A DNA stretch of 64,000 bases from the NCBI RefSeq assembly GCF_009914755.1, contig NC_060929.1; one strand, written 5' to 3'. A model generated the notes under the pieces. It saw only the letters and a list, made by a program, of their open reading frames with translations, ran no database searches and was not told the origin of the DNA. The DNA comes from the human T2T-CHM13v2.0 reference genome, Homo sapiens. Position numbers and translations under genes: made by a program. Position 1 is the stretch's first letter, and each line of letters begins with the position of its first letter. This document shows positions 13,001-31,200 of the stretch, in pieces.

Positions 13001-15879
13001 TGTCATCAAATACATGAATTTATGTCTTCACTTTTTTATGTTCTTATTTTTCACTAAGAATTTATTCACCTTTCTTTGAGCTCCATTTAATTTCACTGCC
13101 CTATATTTTCTCTATCTCTTCTTTGCTGAAGTATTGGGTTTTTAAAAACTCTATACTGTTACTTGGTTGTTTTAAATGTATCTCTTCTTAACCATGTAAT
13201 ATTTTAATGTACACCTTATTTGGTGTAATAATATCTTGCATTTATTGAGCATATCTCATGGTCTAGACACTATGCTATAATACACACACACAAACATACA
13301 TGCACACAATCTCGACTAATATGAAAAGAGCTGGGATTTGATTACATGAAGTCTGACTTCAAAGCACACTTCACCATTTATGTGTGTGTGTGTATGTGGG
13401 TGTGAAAATTCTGTTATTTGTGAGTGGCAGAAGTTCATCATAAAGTAGCTTACAAAAAATGGCATAAATTGCCTCACATAACTAAAAATCTAGAAGTGAG
13501 TTTCCAAACATTGCTGTATTTAGATGCTTAAACAACAAGAAGGTCACCTGTGTGGCTTCATACTCAAACTGTTTCCATATGTCTAAAATGAGTCCCCCAG
13601 CAGCTCCAGGCTCACAATGCCCTTGCAGTCAGACATCGTGGAAAAGTGAGAGCATCTTTCCTATAATCTCTGGCAATGATCCTGTGGAGGGGTATGATTA
13701 GACTTATTGGGGTTACATGATGGTCAGAGCTTTGAGACAGCTATGTACTATATTTGGCCCCGCTTAACCACAAAGACAGAACAGGATTACTATAGAAGAG
13801 CGGTTAGATGATTCCCCAAAAGAAGGATGCTGGGCAGGCAAATAAATAAATAAATAAAATTTCAAAAGCTATTAAATGCCCATTAATAAAAATTAACATT
13901 CGACCTTGTGAATTACTAAACTTGTTTAAAGCACAAAACACCACATAAAATTTCACAAAAACATCATGAGGTAAATTTTATCTTCATTTTTCAGTTAATA
14001 GAAGCAAAGACAAATGCAAATTGCCAAAGTTCACATTATGTCTAAGTCATCAGACCTTTTAAAGATAAATTATGTATCCAACTGCACTGCTATTACAGGA
14101 ATAATGTACAAAATTCACATGTCTAGGCTAAAATGTAATGACATCACATCTAAGTATCAAATTTTAAGGATTAAATATATTTAAATGGATGAAATTAGAC
14201 ATTAGTCTGATTTAGTATTTTAGCATATGGTGATAATATTTTTAAAATAATCTAATATCTTATGCATCCTAACTCTTGTAACTTCCTCAGAGTATCAAAT
14301 CAGAGTGAAAAATTTCTATAGGATGAATGTCAGATTTATTCATATTCTTTAGCTGAATAAATGTGATTTCTAAGAATCATGTTTAATGAAATACGTTCAG
14401 AAGTTACAAGAACTTGAAGCAACGGCAAGCACTTAATTAACATTTTATGTAAAAAGGAAGTGTCATTGGGAAAGAGAGCTTATTTTTAAAAAATTTCTAG
14501 GTCATTATTGCCTGAGGGAGAGAAGATTGTGGATGCCATAAGTCTTGGTCTACATATTCAATATATATGCCATGCAACATTTATTTTTTTAAGTCTTCTT
14601 AAGTTCATCTTCAGTCCTCTATTTTGAGGGGACAGTATGAAATCAAATCTCAGACATTTCTAGGATACATCTTCCCATCAGGGCTATTTAAAGTCTTAGG
14701 GTTTTGCACAGGATCAAGTATCTGAGATGCTTCAAAGGATATGGGTCCTCAGTGGTTTCTGCTAATATATCCATCACTCCTTTATGCATGGTACCTTCTG
14801 GTCTAGTGACTCTCTCTGCTCTTTCTATTGGGTGTCCTGGGTTTTTGTTGAGGTGGGACCACTGTGTCTAGGGTACCAAATCCCTGGAGGCTGCTACTAG
14901 AGGGACTCAAGTCACCAAACATTATGGGACGCACAGATCTTGGTCCCCTTTTAGAAACTAGAAATGTCATCACTGCCTGGCTTCAAAGGTCTCACTCCTT
15001 TCTCCACTCTCCCCTTACCTGCTGGGATAGCCAAAATGCTCTCATCCATGAGCTAATACTTTTTTCAATAGATAGAAACAGCTGTTGTCCTCAGGAGGAC
15101 TCTACTTCCAGCTCTGCAAAGAGCAAAAGAGGCTGGGAGCAAGGAAATATAAACGGTCTGGCTACCAGCTTGAAATAGGAGGAAGAAGGAGAAAAACTGA
15201 AGATAAATACAAACTATTATCTGAAAAAAACCCAGCAACAACAATATTCCTGTCACACATACATAACCATGATCTGTAGCTTGACTTAACAGTTTCATTA
15301 ATGATACCTCTGAAATAATATAGCAAGTGACAAGAAAATCTCATCAACTTTAGCCATCTTGAAGTGCTATTAATCAAATACATCTAAGCTCCAATGAGTT
15401 GGAGATAATGCCCAAAATAAATGCCAGGAGGATCCCTAATCAGCAGCTAGATGAAGGAATAAGGAGATGCCATTTGCAGGAAAAGAAGAATAACTATTTA
15501 AAAACAGCTAGAGAACGAACTAAAGAGGTCAGACATAAATACCTATAGCTGGAAACTAAGTCAGGCCAACTTATCTGGCATTCTGAGACTGAGGATTACA
15601 CAGAACATTGAACTAGAAGAGTTTTTAAGCTCATCTAACTCAGGAGACATCAGCCTATGTTCTGTGGGTCCACAGGTGGGGTCTTAGGGGTTCCAGAAAT
15701 GTTTGATTGGAATTCATTCAAAAATAGTGTTTTTGGCTATTTTTAATGCTGTAATGAAAAAATAGCAGGTAAACCTAAAAGTTTTATATTGTGAAGAAAT
15801 GTGTGTGTAGCTTAAAACTTAATTTGAGAACCTATCACATAAGATGTTACTCCATGAGGCCCATTCGGGAGGAATGTGT

Positions 15880-16725
15880 GTTAAAACTTAAGCGAGGTCA
15901 GAGGCCTCCTCTGCTCAAATCTCTGCAATGGCTTCCCATCTCACTCCAAGTGAAAGCCTTACATTGGCCAACAGGTGCTACAGGGCATATCCCTTACCTT
16001 GCTAACCTCATCTTTTATGACATTCCCCTTACTACACTCCCCTTCAGCCATCCCAGCCTCCTTGCTGCTTCTGGCACATATCACGCTTCCATCTGCCTGG
16101 AATGCTCCCTCCACAGGAATCACAGCGTTTTGCTTCCTCACCTCCTTCAAGTATTTGCTCATATGTGATCTTCTTAATGAGACCTTTCCTGACCACATCT
16201 TTAACAACTGCCTCCCTATCCCTAAGTTCTTAACCCACTTCTCTGTCTTATGTTTTCTTTTCTTTTCTTTTCTTTTTTTTTGAGACAGGGTCTAGCTCTG
16301 TCGCCAGGCTGGAGTGCAATGGCGCCATCTCGGCTCACTGCAACCTCCGCATCCCGGTTCAAGAGATTCTCCTGCCTCAGCCTCCCGAGTAGCTGGGACT
16401 ACAGGCGTGCCCCACCATGCCCAGCTAACTTTTGTACTTTTAGTAGAGACAGGGTTTTACCATGTTAGCCAGGATGGTCTTGATCCCCCTTGACTGCGTG
16501 ATCTGCCTGCCTCGGCCTCCCAAAGTACTGAGATTAGAGGCGTGAGCCACCATGTACTGTACAAAGTTAAAATATGTTTCATTTTATTGTCTGCCACTCC
16601 CCACCAGTGTGTAGCTCCCCAAGACAAGGGTGAGAGAATTTGATCTGTTTTGTTTAATGAAATCCCAGCACTTAGAACAGGACCACAAAGCAAGTGCTCA
16701 GTAAATCTTTGCCAAATAAATGAAA
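15880..16725 (+). mobile_element. L2a 3' end, interrupted by an antisense Alu
   Basis: CTCTGCTCAAATCTCTGCAATGGCTTCCCATCTCACT ... TCTGCCTGGAATGCTC ... GTGCTCAGTAAATCTTTGCCAAATAAATGAA terminus. Confidence 0.8.
16251..16554 (-). mobile_element. AluS (Sc-like), antisense
   Basis: (TTTTC)n/T tail, then TGAGACAGGGTCT...GCGTGAGCCACCATG. Confidence 0.93.
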
Positions 16726-16797
16726 AGGGGACTAGATGATGGGTGGAGTCAAAGAGCAAAGGCCACTAGGCAGATGGACCAGGAAATCACATTTTTC

Positions 16798-17106
<309 letters not shown>

Positions 17107-17825
17107 CTATGTAAATGTGTGTGAGTGTATATTTCAGTCATATTCAAATATAGGGAATATCTATTAAGCACTTTCTGTTTTCCAGACCTTATGCTGGGGG
17201 TGTTCATCTTGTTTAACTAACTTAATCCACACAACAATTTGCAAAGCTATTAAAGAATGTCAGTGGAAGATAAACATTGAACACAAGGAGTATTTCTGAA
17301 TTCTCTACCCACCCTGTACTCACTGCAAGGGTGTAGTAGGTTATTTTAAGGGCAGAATTCTCAGACATATGAATATATTCTTTCCTCTTAGTCTAGTTCC
17401 GTAGTCCTCAAACTTAAGTGGCATAAAATGCATTACATAAAGATATACATATCCAAAACCATGTATAATCTACTTTATAGGCAAATAAGGAGTTTTCAAG
17501 GGTAATTTTCACTCAACCCAATTTTCACCTTGCTTTTAATCTAATCTCTCATAAAATATAATGCCAAATTATACTAACTTTAATCCCATTGTAATTTAAA
17601 GTTACCTGTTTCTTCTTGAACTTCAGAATAAAGCTGCAACTGTCATATTTATGCACATACTTGAACATTATGTTAAGGAACCATTAAGCAAGAAGGCTGT
17701 TGTTTTTCACTGATATCTTTTAAATTCAAGCTTGCTTATATCCACTAACATAAAATTAAAGCAGCAAATTGATCTGTTGGTTGCCTGCTCCTCAGTGATG
17801 CAATGACAAGAAAACATAAAGTGTT

Positions 17826-18129
17826 GGCCGGGCGCGATGGCTCACACCTGTAATCCTAGCACTTTGGGAGGCCAAGGCGGGCGGATCACGAGGTCAGTAG
17901 ATCGAGACCATCCTGGCTAACACGGTGAAACCCCGTCTCTACCAAAAATACAAAAAATTAGCCGGGCGTGGTGGCGGGTGCCTGTAGTCCCAGCTACTAG
18001 GAGGCTGAGGCAGGAGAATGGCGTGAACCCGGGAGGCGGAGCTTGCAGTGAGCCGAGTTCGCACCACTGCGCTCCAGCCTGGGCGGCAGAGCCAGACTCC
18101 ACCTCAAAAAAAAAAAAAAAAAAAAAAAC
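17826..18129 (+). mobile_element. AluY with 17-bp TSD
   Basis: AluY diagnostics; TSD AGAAAACATAAAGTGTT at 17809-17825 and 18130-18146. Confidence 0.95.
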
Positions 18130-18674
18130 AGAAAACATAAAGTGTTGAAATATAGACAGCTTTATCTCTTATTTCCAATTGTCGATGCTTCTTGTCTAAT
18201 TACTATTTTTTTGATTACGAGAGCTCTTCTTGGATGTTGTAAGTAAAATCAAAATTTTCTACTTATTTTTAAAGAATTTGGATCAGTTTAATTTCAGAGT
18301 GTCCTCAGATGGCAAGGTGAGTTGTTAAAAAAATGCTACTATTTATAATCACTTATCTACTTGATGCAGGATTTTATATTTGAACTAGTCTAACAAAAAT
18401 ATCCACAGGAATAAATTGTAGGCTGTATCTTCTTTAAGACTGCAATTGCTATCTACAATCCTCAATGTCAAAATTGTTCCTTCCTTACGTCTATCATGTT
18501 CATCAAACCTCATTGTTCCTCACTGAATTTTTTAGTAAGCAATTATTAACAACTTTAAATTGATTTAAGTAAATGTACAATTTATTTGTTTTAAGCAGAG
18601 GAGTTTGTATCATAATTCTTTTCTCTTTTTTAAAGTTCCGCTACTGAAAACAGATTAAAAATCACTGCTGTAGC

Positions 18675-18904
18675 CAGGGATTGGTGAACTTTTATTTAAA
18701 AAGCCAAATATTAAATATTTTAGGTATTGCAGGCCAAATGGCAAAATTGAGGATATTGTGTGGGTACTTACATAATATTTAAAATGTAACAATTTAAAAA
18801 TGTAAAACCATTTTAAGATGTAAAAATCATTCTTAACTTGTAGGCCATACAAAATCAGGTGATGGTCTGGATTTAGCCTATGGGCTATAGTTTGTTCACC
18901 TCTA
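18675..18904. mobile_element. MER58-like hAT/Charlie MITE
   Basis: Degenerate terminal inverted repeats CAGGGATTGGTGAAC ... GTTCACCTCTA; internal AATATTTTAGGTATTGCAGGCC. Confidence 0.7.
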
Positions 18905-19298
18905 TTCTAGCCCAATACCCCTATTTTTACTGGTGAATAAATGATTAGCAGAGTTGAATTTTCTATGAAAGTTTCACAGATATTGTAGCAACCCTACAAG
19001 CATGGACTGCAATGTAGGTCTCTTGATGTCCGACATCACTGTATCATTAATGAATAACCTAAGAAGAAAAGGGGCATCAATACAGACAGGAAAAGACAGC
19101 AAACCCCAGCTGAAGCCAAAACCACATAGAAAATGACTATATAAACACTCACTGTATAAAAGAACCATGTTTAGCAGGTTTTTTCCTTTCCCAAATTCAA
19201 TCCCACTGAACTCTTTTTGAGCACAATTTCCTACGATTCATAAATAATTCATATATAATATACCAGAAGTTCCAGATGGCTAGGAACTGTGTGTGTAC

Positions 19299-19314
19299 CT
19301 CTCTCTCTCTCTCT

Positions 19315-19364
<50 letters not shown>
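19299..19364. repeat. Compound microsatellite (CT)8 then (AT)24
   Basis: Directly visible; uninterrupted AT run at 19317-19364. Confidence 0.95.
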
Positions 19365-19368
<4 letters not shown>

Positions 19369-19749
19369 AGCTTTCTACCTTACCTTCATAGCCTACATGT
19401 TTCCAAATTTTAAAAGGTCAATAAATACCACCTAACGAATAAAAAAGTAAAAATGGGAAAATATAGCTTCTTTTTCTTCTCACAGCCATAACTTATGTCT
19501 TGATGTGTAGGCTGAAATATTAGTGATATGATTAGGGATTACATAGCAGAAAATAAGATTGCTTCTAGTGTAAATAAGCTTCCATTTTGGGATTATTTCA
19601 ATTAGTTTTACTTAGCAAGGTCTTCTAAGGAACTGAGCATAGACATTGGTATTAATCATTTTTTCAAATCTCTAGATCACCAAAAACTAAGAGTAAAAGG
19701 AAAGACCTATTTATCTTATTTTTATCCATATTGTACCACTAGATAATAG

Positions 19750-20535
19750 TAAGTTTTCTCTTTATAGAAGTATTTCAGAAACAAGGAAGAACAATGGTAG
19801 AATTAGAATATTGCCATTTGCAACTTCAAATGAATTGATGAATATAGGAATTAATTATAAACAGCTGCTTACATCAGAAATAGACAAATATTACATGTCT
19901 CCTTCTGAAAGAACATAAAGCTGTCTATGAAGTCCTTTGGTTCAAGAAGAAAAAAGTAAACTTGTATTGGCAATTCTCTACACCCTATACCAACTTACCA
20001 ACTCACAGGGCATACAGAACATAGAGACGTGTGATAAATGACACCACAGGGGTGGAATCTGCAAAATCTCAGGTTGTAGGAAACCCCATAGGGCAAATGA
20101 CCCAGTTTTTTCTTTTTAACTAAATATAATATAAAAAAAAGACAAAGACATAGAGGCATAACCTACTAGAGAAGCTTGAGAAGCATATAAAACAATACTG
20201 ATTATAGGGAATTGATGAGACTATTGTGAAAATATGGAACTGATGAGACTGTTGGGAATTTGAATAATATTTAATAATATTAGGAAATGTTTCTTGGGTA
20301 TTTTGTAAGGTCATGAAATTTGGTTATTTTAAAGTCCCTATCTTTTAGAGATACATACTGAAATATTAATATATAAATGATATTGCATTTGTGATTTGCT
20401 TTAAAATAATCCATTAGGGATCAAGCCGGTGGTGATATAGATAAAATTGGTCACGAGTTGAAGTTGGATGAACTGTACAGAGAGTTCTAGTCTATATACT
20501 TTGCATATGTTTGAAATATTCCCTGGTAATTTTTT
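19750..20535 (+). mobile_element. Ancient L1MC-like 3' fragment
   Basis: GGAAGAACAATGGTAGAATTAGAATATTGCCATT ... TTTTAGAGATACATACTGAAATATT ... TATGTTTGAAATATTCC motifs. Confidence 0.6.
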
Positions 20536-20824
20536 TTAATAGTCAAAGGGAATCCCCCAAAATAAGACATGGTATGATGGCAGTAGTGGTCCCCTACCAT
20601 GAATTCTGGTAGTTCAATAGGAAGTGGCAACAGGGAAAACATCAGCAGCCCCAATAGTCCCATAAAGTGGATTGTATACATAAGATACATTCCTCAATTT
20701 ACAGAACTCTGAATTTGCAAGGCACATTTTTTGAAAATTCACTTGGTGTATTAAGGGTTACTTACATGGTTTATATCTGTAGTAGTATAGAAATTTGCTT
20801 TAGGAGTGAATATCACTTTCAATT

Positions 20825-21312
20825 AGTGGGTTAGAGCAGAGGCTACCAGGGTCCTACCCACATCTCCTCTCCTTACCACTTCAGTGTTTGCTAATGCTCT
20901 ATCTTGCAATTACCAGCCCTTTTAACTCTTCACTGAGGGGCTTCCTCTGGCAGGTGGAGCGCAGTCTGACTGTGCAAGGGGCTGGCTACAAGTGCCACAA
21001 TACAAGATAGTGTCCCCTAGGATGATGAATGAAGGTGTTTGTGTATAAATATCCCAACTTCTTTTCCAGTCGATAAGTCTAAGGGCCATGGCCTACACTG
21101 ACTACCAGAATTTCCCAAGCAGAGTTATGCTCTATTATCTACAATGGTAACTGGCTTCAGAATTTATCCTTTTTTGGCTACTTTTCTTCCCTTAGTTTTC
21201 CTTTTACACTTTTCAACTTTTATACCAGTATTCCCTGGGATCACTTTACAAATAAACAACTTATTCTCACATCCTTATCTCAAAGTCTGCTTTATGAGTA
21301 ATTCAAACCAAG
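20825..21312 (+). mobile_element. LTR16-like solo LTR (ERVL)
   Basis: 3' end CCTGGGATCACTTTACAAATAAACAACTT...CCTTATCTCAAAGTCTGCTT...AAACCAAGA. Confidence 0.6.
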
Positions 21313-21534
21313 AGTTAGGGAAATATACATATATTCAATTTGAAAACAAAATTAAATGAAGGTAATTTTGTTCTGTACTGGAGAACCTAGGATTTTAGCC
21401 ATCAATCCATGTTTTTGAGATTGGTAAATGTAAGTAGAAGGGTATAATAGTTTTGCTTTTCATATTAGTTTTTATATTAACTTAAAGTATGCTGTTAGGA
21501 CTTTGAATTATCAAGTTATCAAGAAGATTTAAAC

Positions 21535-21730
21535 AGTAGTTCACAAGCTCTAGTATGCTTAAGAATTGCTTAGCATTTCTAATTCACATTTATTGTGTTA
21601 TAAATGTGGATTCCTGGCCCCTACCTTCAGAGATTCTAATTCAGTAGGATTTCAGATTTACTATTAATAGTTATGCCACAAAAAAGCATTAGAAATACTT
21701 ATGTAATATTCCACTTTGAAAAACACTGAC
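21535..21730. mobile_element. MER5-like hAT DNA transposon remnant
   Basis: CAGTAGTTCACAAGCT ... AGATTCTAATTCAGTAGG ... CCACTTTGAAAAACACTG. Confidence 0.6.
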
Positions 21731-22686
21731 CTAGGTGCCAACGTTTTAATTATTTGTATACCGTCATGGCCAACTGGGTTCTGCATGCATACAAGAAGGT
21801 TTCAGATGACTTGGATGACTGTACTGTGTCCTGGAATCCTAATGCTGTGCTGCTAATACTAAAACCTAGATTTAATTTTAATCTGATTCAGATGGCACTG
21901 TTTTATTCCTGTCTGCTTTTCTGTAAAGGTCGACATGGGGAGAGCAGTCTGGAACAAAAATAATGTGTGTTGTAGAATGGAGGGTGAGCAAAGCTTCAGT
22001 GGGGGTCTAAAGAATGTAGTGCTTCACCCTAACTTATAATATTTGCTCTTATTCTTGGCTTGAAGCTATTCTTCTTGTCCTCTTTCTGCCTAATAAAAAC
22101 TCAGAGATAAGGCCACAGGGGCCCAGTGAGAGAAAGCATCATCACCATTCTCCACCCCATACTATGGATCCTGCACGATAGTGTTGTTGCATTTTCTAGA
22201 TGATGACCACTTGTAAATTCTTCTAGAATTTAACTTATGCGTGCAATTTTACTTTTTTCATACTCACAAAATTTAATTTGGAGTTAGCATTCCTTCTATT
22301 CCTAGAGCTCCAATTGGCATCAAAAGGAAAATAATTGCTCCTTCAACTTTATTGGTATGGCAAGGTTATCTTCCTTCCTCACTAAATTTTATGATTGTCC
22401 AACTATAGAATTAACTAATCAAGACATTATTTCTTTGATGGAATAATATAAAATGATTGGAACTTCAGAGTAACGCACTATCCTGGAGCTTATTTTTGTA
22501 GAAATGAGAAGTATATTCCCCAAATTGTTAAAGGTATTAATTTGTTACTGTATATAAATTAGAGAAGTCTTGAAAAATTTAAATTATATTGGTCTCAGAC
22601 GATTCATTCAAACTACTGGATTCCTAAAAAACAATAGGTGTGACTCTAGAAACATGGAGACAATCATGTACTTAAAAACATTTCAC

Positions 22687-24841
22687 TTGCTTAGGATTGT
22701 CTTGCCTATACGGGCTCTTTTTTTGTTCCATATGAAACTTAAAGTAGTTTTTTCTAACTCTGTGAAGATAGTTGATGGTAGCTTGATGGGGACAGCATCA
22801 AATCTATAAATTACTTTGGGCAGTATGGCCATTTTTATGGTATCGATTTTTGGTATCCATGCTTATGGAATGTTTTTCCAGTTGTTTGTGTCCTCTCTCA
22901 TTTCCTTGAGCAGTGGTTTGTAGTTCTCCTTGAAGAGGTCCTTCACATCCCTTGTAAGTTGTATTCCTAGGTATTTTATTCTCTTTGTAGCAATTGTGAA
23001 TGGGAGTTCACTCATTATTTGGCTCCCTATTATTGGAGTATAGGAATGCTTGTGATTTTCACACATTGATTTTGTATCCTGAGACTTTGCTGAAGTTGCT
23101 TATCAGCTTAAGGACATTTTGGGCTGAGATGATAGGGTTTTCTAAATATACAATCAAGTCATCTGGAAAGAGAGACAATTTGACTTTCTCTCTTCCTATT
23201 TGAATACACTTTATTTCTTTCTCTTGCCTGATTGCCCTGGCCAGAGCTTCCAATGCTATGTTGAACAGGAGTGGTGAGAGAGGGCACCCTTTTCTTGTGC
23301 CAGTTTTCAAAGGGAATGCTTCCACCTTTTGTGCATTCAGTATGATATTGGCTGTGGGTTTGTCATAAATAGCTCTTATTATTTTGAGATACATTCCATC
23401 AATACCTAGTTTATTGAGGATTTTTAGCATGAAGGGGTGTTGAATTTTATCTAAGGTGTTTTCAGCATCTATTGAGATAATCATGTGGTTTTTGTCATTC
23501 ATTCTGTTTATGTGAGGGATTAAGTTTATTGATTTGCATATGTTGATCCAGCTTTGCATCCCAGGGATGAAGCCGATTTGATCATGGTGGATAAGATTTT
23601 TGATGTGCTGTTGGATTCGGTTTGCCACTATTCTATTGAGGATTTTCACATTGGTGTTCATCAGAGATATTGGCCTGAAATTTTCTTTTTTTCTGTTGTG
23701 TGTCTGCCAGGTTTTGGTATCAGGATGATGCTGGCCTCACAAAATGAGTTATGGAGGAATCCCTCTTTTTCTATTGTTTGGAATAGTTTCAGAAGGAATG
23801 GTACCAGATCCTCTTTGTACCTCTGGTAGAATTCAGCTGTGAATCCTCTGGTCCTGTGCTTTTTTTGGTTGGTAGGCTATTAATTACTGCCTCAATTTCA
23901 GAACTCGTTATTGGTCGATTCAGGGATTTGACTTCTTCCTGGTTTAGTCTTGGGAGGGTGTATGTGTCCAGGAATTTATCCATTTCTTCTAGATTTCCTA
24001 GTTTATTTGTATGGAGGTGTTTACAGCATTTTCTTGTGGTAGTTTGTATTTCTGTCGGATCAGTGGTAATATCCCCTTTATCATTTTTTATTGTGTCTAT
24101 TTGATTCTTCTCTCTTTTCTTCTTTATTAGTCTGGCTAGCGGTCTATTTTATTATTAAAAAAAAACAGCTCCTGGATTCATTTATTATTTTGAAGGGTTT
24201 TTCGTGTCTCTATCTCTTTCAGTTCTGATCTGATTTTAGTTATTTCTTGTCTTCTGCTAGCTTTTGGATTTGTTTGCTCTTGCTTTTCTAGTTCTTTTAA
24301 TTGTGATGTTAGGGTGGCTATTTTACATCTTTCCTGCTTTCCCTTGTGGGTATTTAGTGCTATAAATTTTCCTCTACACACTGCTTTAAATGTGTCCCAG
24401 AGATTCTGGCACATTGTGTCTTTGTTCTCATTGGTTTCAAAGAACGTCTTTATTTCTACCTTCATTTTGTTATTTACCCAGTAGTCATTCAGGAGTAGGT
24501 TGTTCAGTTTCCATGCAGTTGTGCAGTTTTGAGTGAGTTCCTCAATCCTGAGTTCTAATTTGCTTGCACTGTGGTCTGAGACACAGGTTGTTATAATTTC
24601 CATTCTTTTGCATTTGCTGAGGGTGTTTTGCTTCCAATTATGTGGTCAATTTTAGAATAAGTCCAATGAGGCACTGAGAAGAATGTATCTTCTTTTGATT
24701 TGGGGTGGAGAGTTCTATAGATGTCTATTAGGTCCGCTTGGTCCAGAGCTGAGTTCAAGTCCTGAATATCCTTGTTAATTTTCTGTCTCTTTGATCTGTC
24801 TAATATTGACAATGGGGTGTTAAAGTCTCCCACTATTATTG

Positions 24842-24843
<2 letters not shown>
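22687..24843 (-). mobile_element. Inverted 5' segment of a twin-primed L1PA7-like insertion (ORF2 endonuclease end to RT)
   Basis: Minus-strand ORF2 peptides ([37 protein letters not shown]); abuts a plus-strand L1 segment at 24842-24843. Confidence 0.92.
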
Positions 24844-26705
<1,862 letters not shown>

Positions 26706-26924
26706 TAGGTAATTTTTTTTGGTACTTCTAGCAGAAAAAAAACTAAAGTAAGGAATTTCTTTAGACTAGCAATCTCAAACATTTTGTTCTTAAGGGATCT
26801 CAAGCATATATTGCATGATAAATTTAAAATGAGATAAAATTAAACATTTATTATTTCATTTAAAATAACAAACCTAACACATGTTAACATGATTAAATAA
26901 GATTGTGAAAATAATTATATTTTC

Positions 26925-30254
<3,330 letters not shown>

Positions 30255-30584
30255 TCATAAATCCTTACTTTAAATAACTATTGAAATATTTGTGTCATTA
30301 TTAGTTCACTACAGACTTAAATAAAAATCCACTGCTGTATGCAGCACCTTAAGATGAATTATAAATTATTCCTGTCTCATTCACTCAAGATACAAAATCT
30401 TAGATAGAATACCCAACTTGCTAAGCCTAAGCCATATCCCCTTGACACGGGGTTGAGAGATATGGTATCTAACTTCTCCTACATCCTAGTAAGGTATCCT
30501 AAAATTTAAATAAGAGTAATCATTACGGAAAAGGAAAGACCCCTAATCTCTCCTCTTATGTTTAACTTGTCATGATATGTGGTT

Positions 30585-30705
30585 ATAAAGAAATGTATAT
30601 ATGTGTGTTTCTATATGTATATACACACACACACATATATATAGTGTTTCTGTATGTAAACACATACATACATACATATTTATGTGTATAAATATGCAAT
30701 GTATT
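30585..30705. repeat. Degenerate TA/CA/TG low-complexity tract
   Basis: Directly visible. Confidence 0.8.
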
Positions 30706-30849
30706 CATATGTTGATATCTCGGAATGCAGCACAATGAATCCTGTAAACATCCTGAAATCCAATTGTCTCTGTCATTTAAAATGTTTTTAGGCTTAATAG
30801 TCAGAAATGGTATTTTTTTAATTTAAAAAATGTTTTAGCTTCCCCCATC

Positions 30850-31200
30850 CGTTTAGTTTTAGTTGACATGTAATAATTGTATATATTTATGGGATACAGA
30901 GTGATATTTTAATACATGTACATAATATATAATGATCAAATCAGGGTAATTAGCATATGATACCTATCACCTGAAACATTTTACCTTTCTTTGTGCTGTG
31001 AACATTCAAAAATCTTCTCTTCTAGCTTTTTGGAAATATACAAAAATGATAATGAACCATATTCACCCTGTGATGCTTCAGAACACCCAAACTCATTCCT
31101 CCTATCTAGCTGTAATTTTGAATCCTTTATGCAAGTTCTCCTCCTCCTCCCCCTTATGCTTCCCAGCCTCGAATACCCACAACTCTACTCTCTACTGGAA
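30850..31200 (-). mobile_element. L1MA-like 3' end fragment
   Basis: AATAATTGTATATATTTATGGGATACAGAGTGATATTTT...GATCAAATCAGGGTAATTAGCATAT. Confidence 0.75.
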
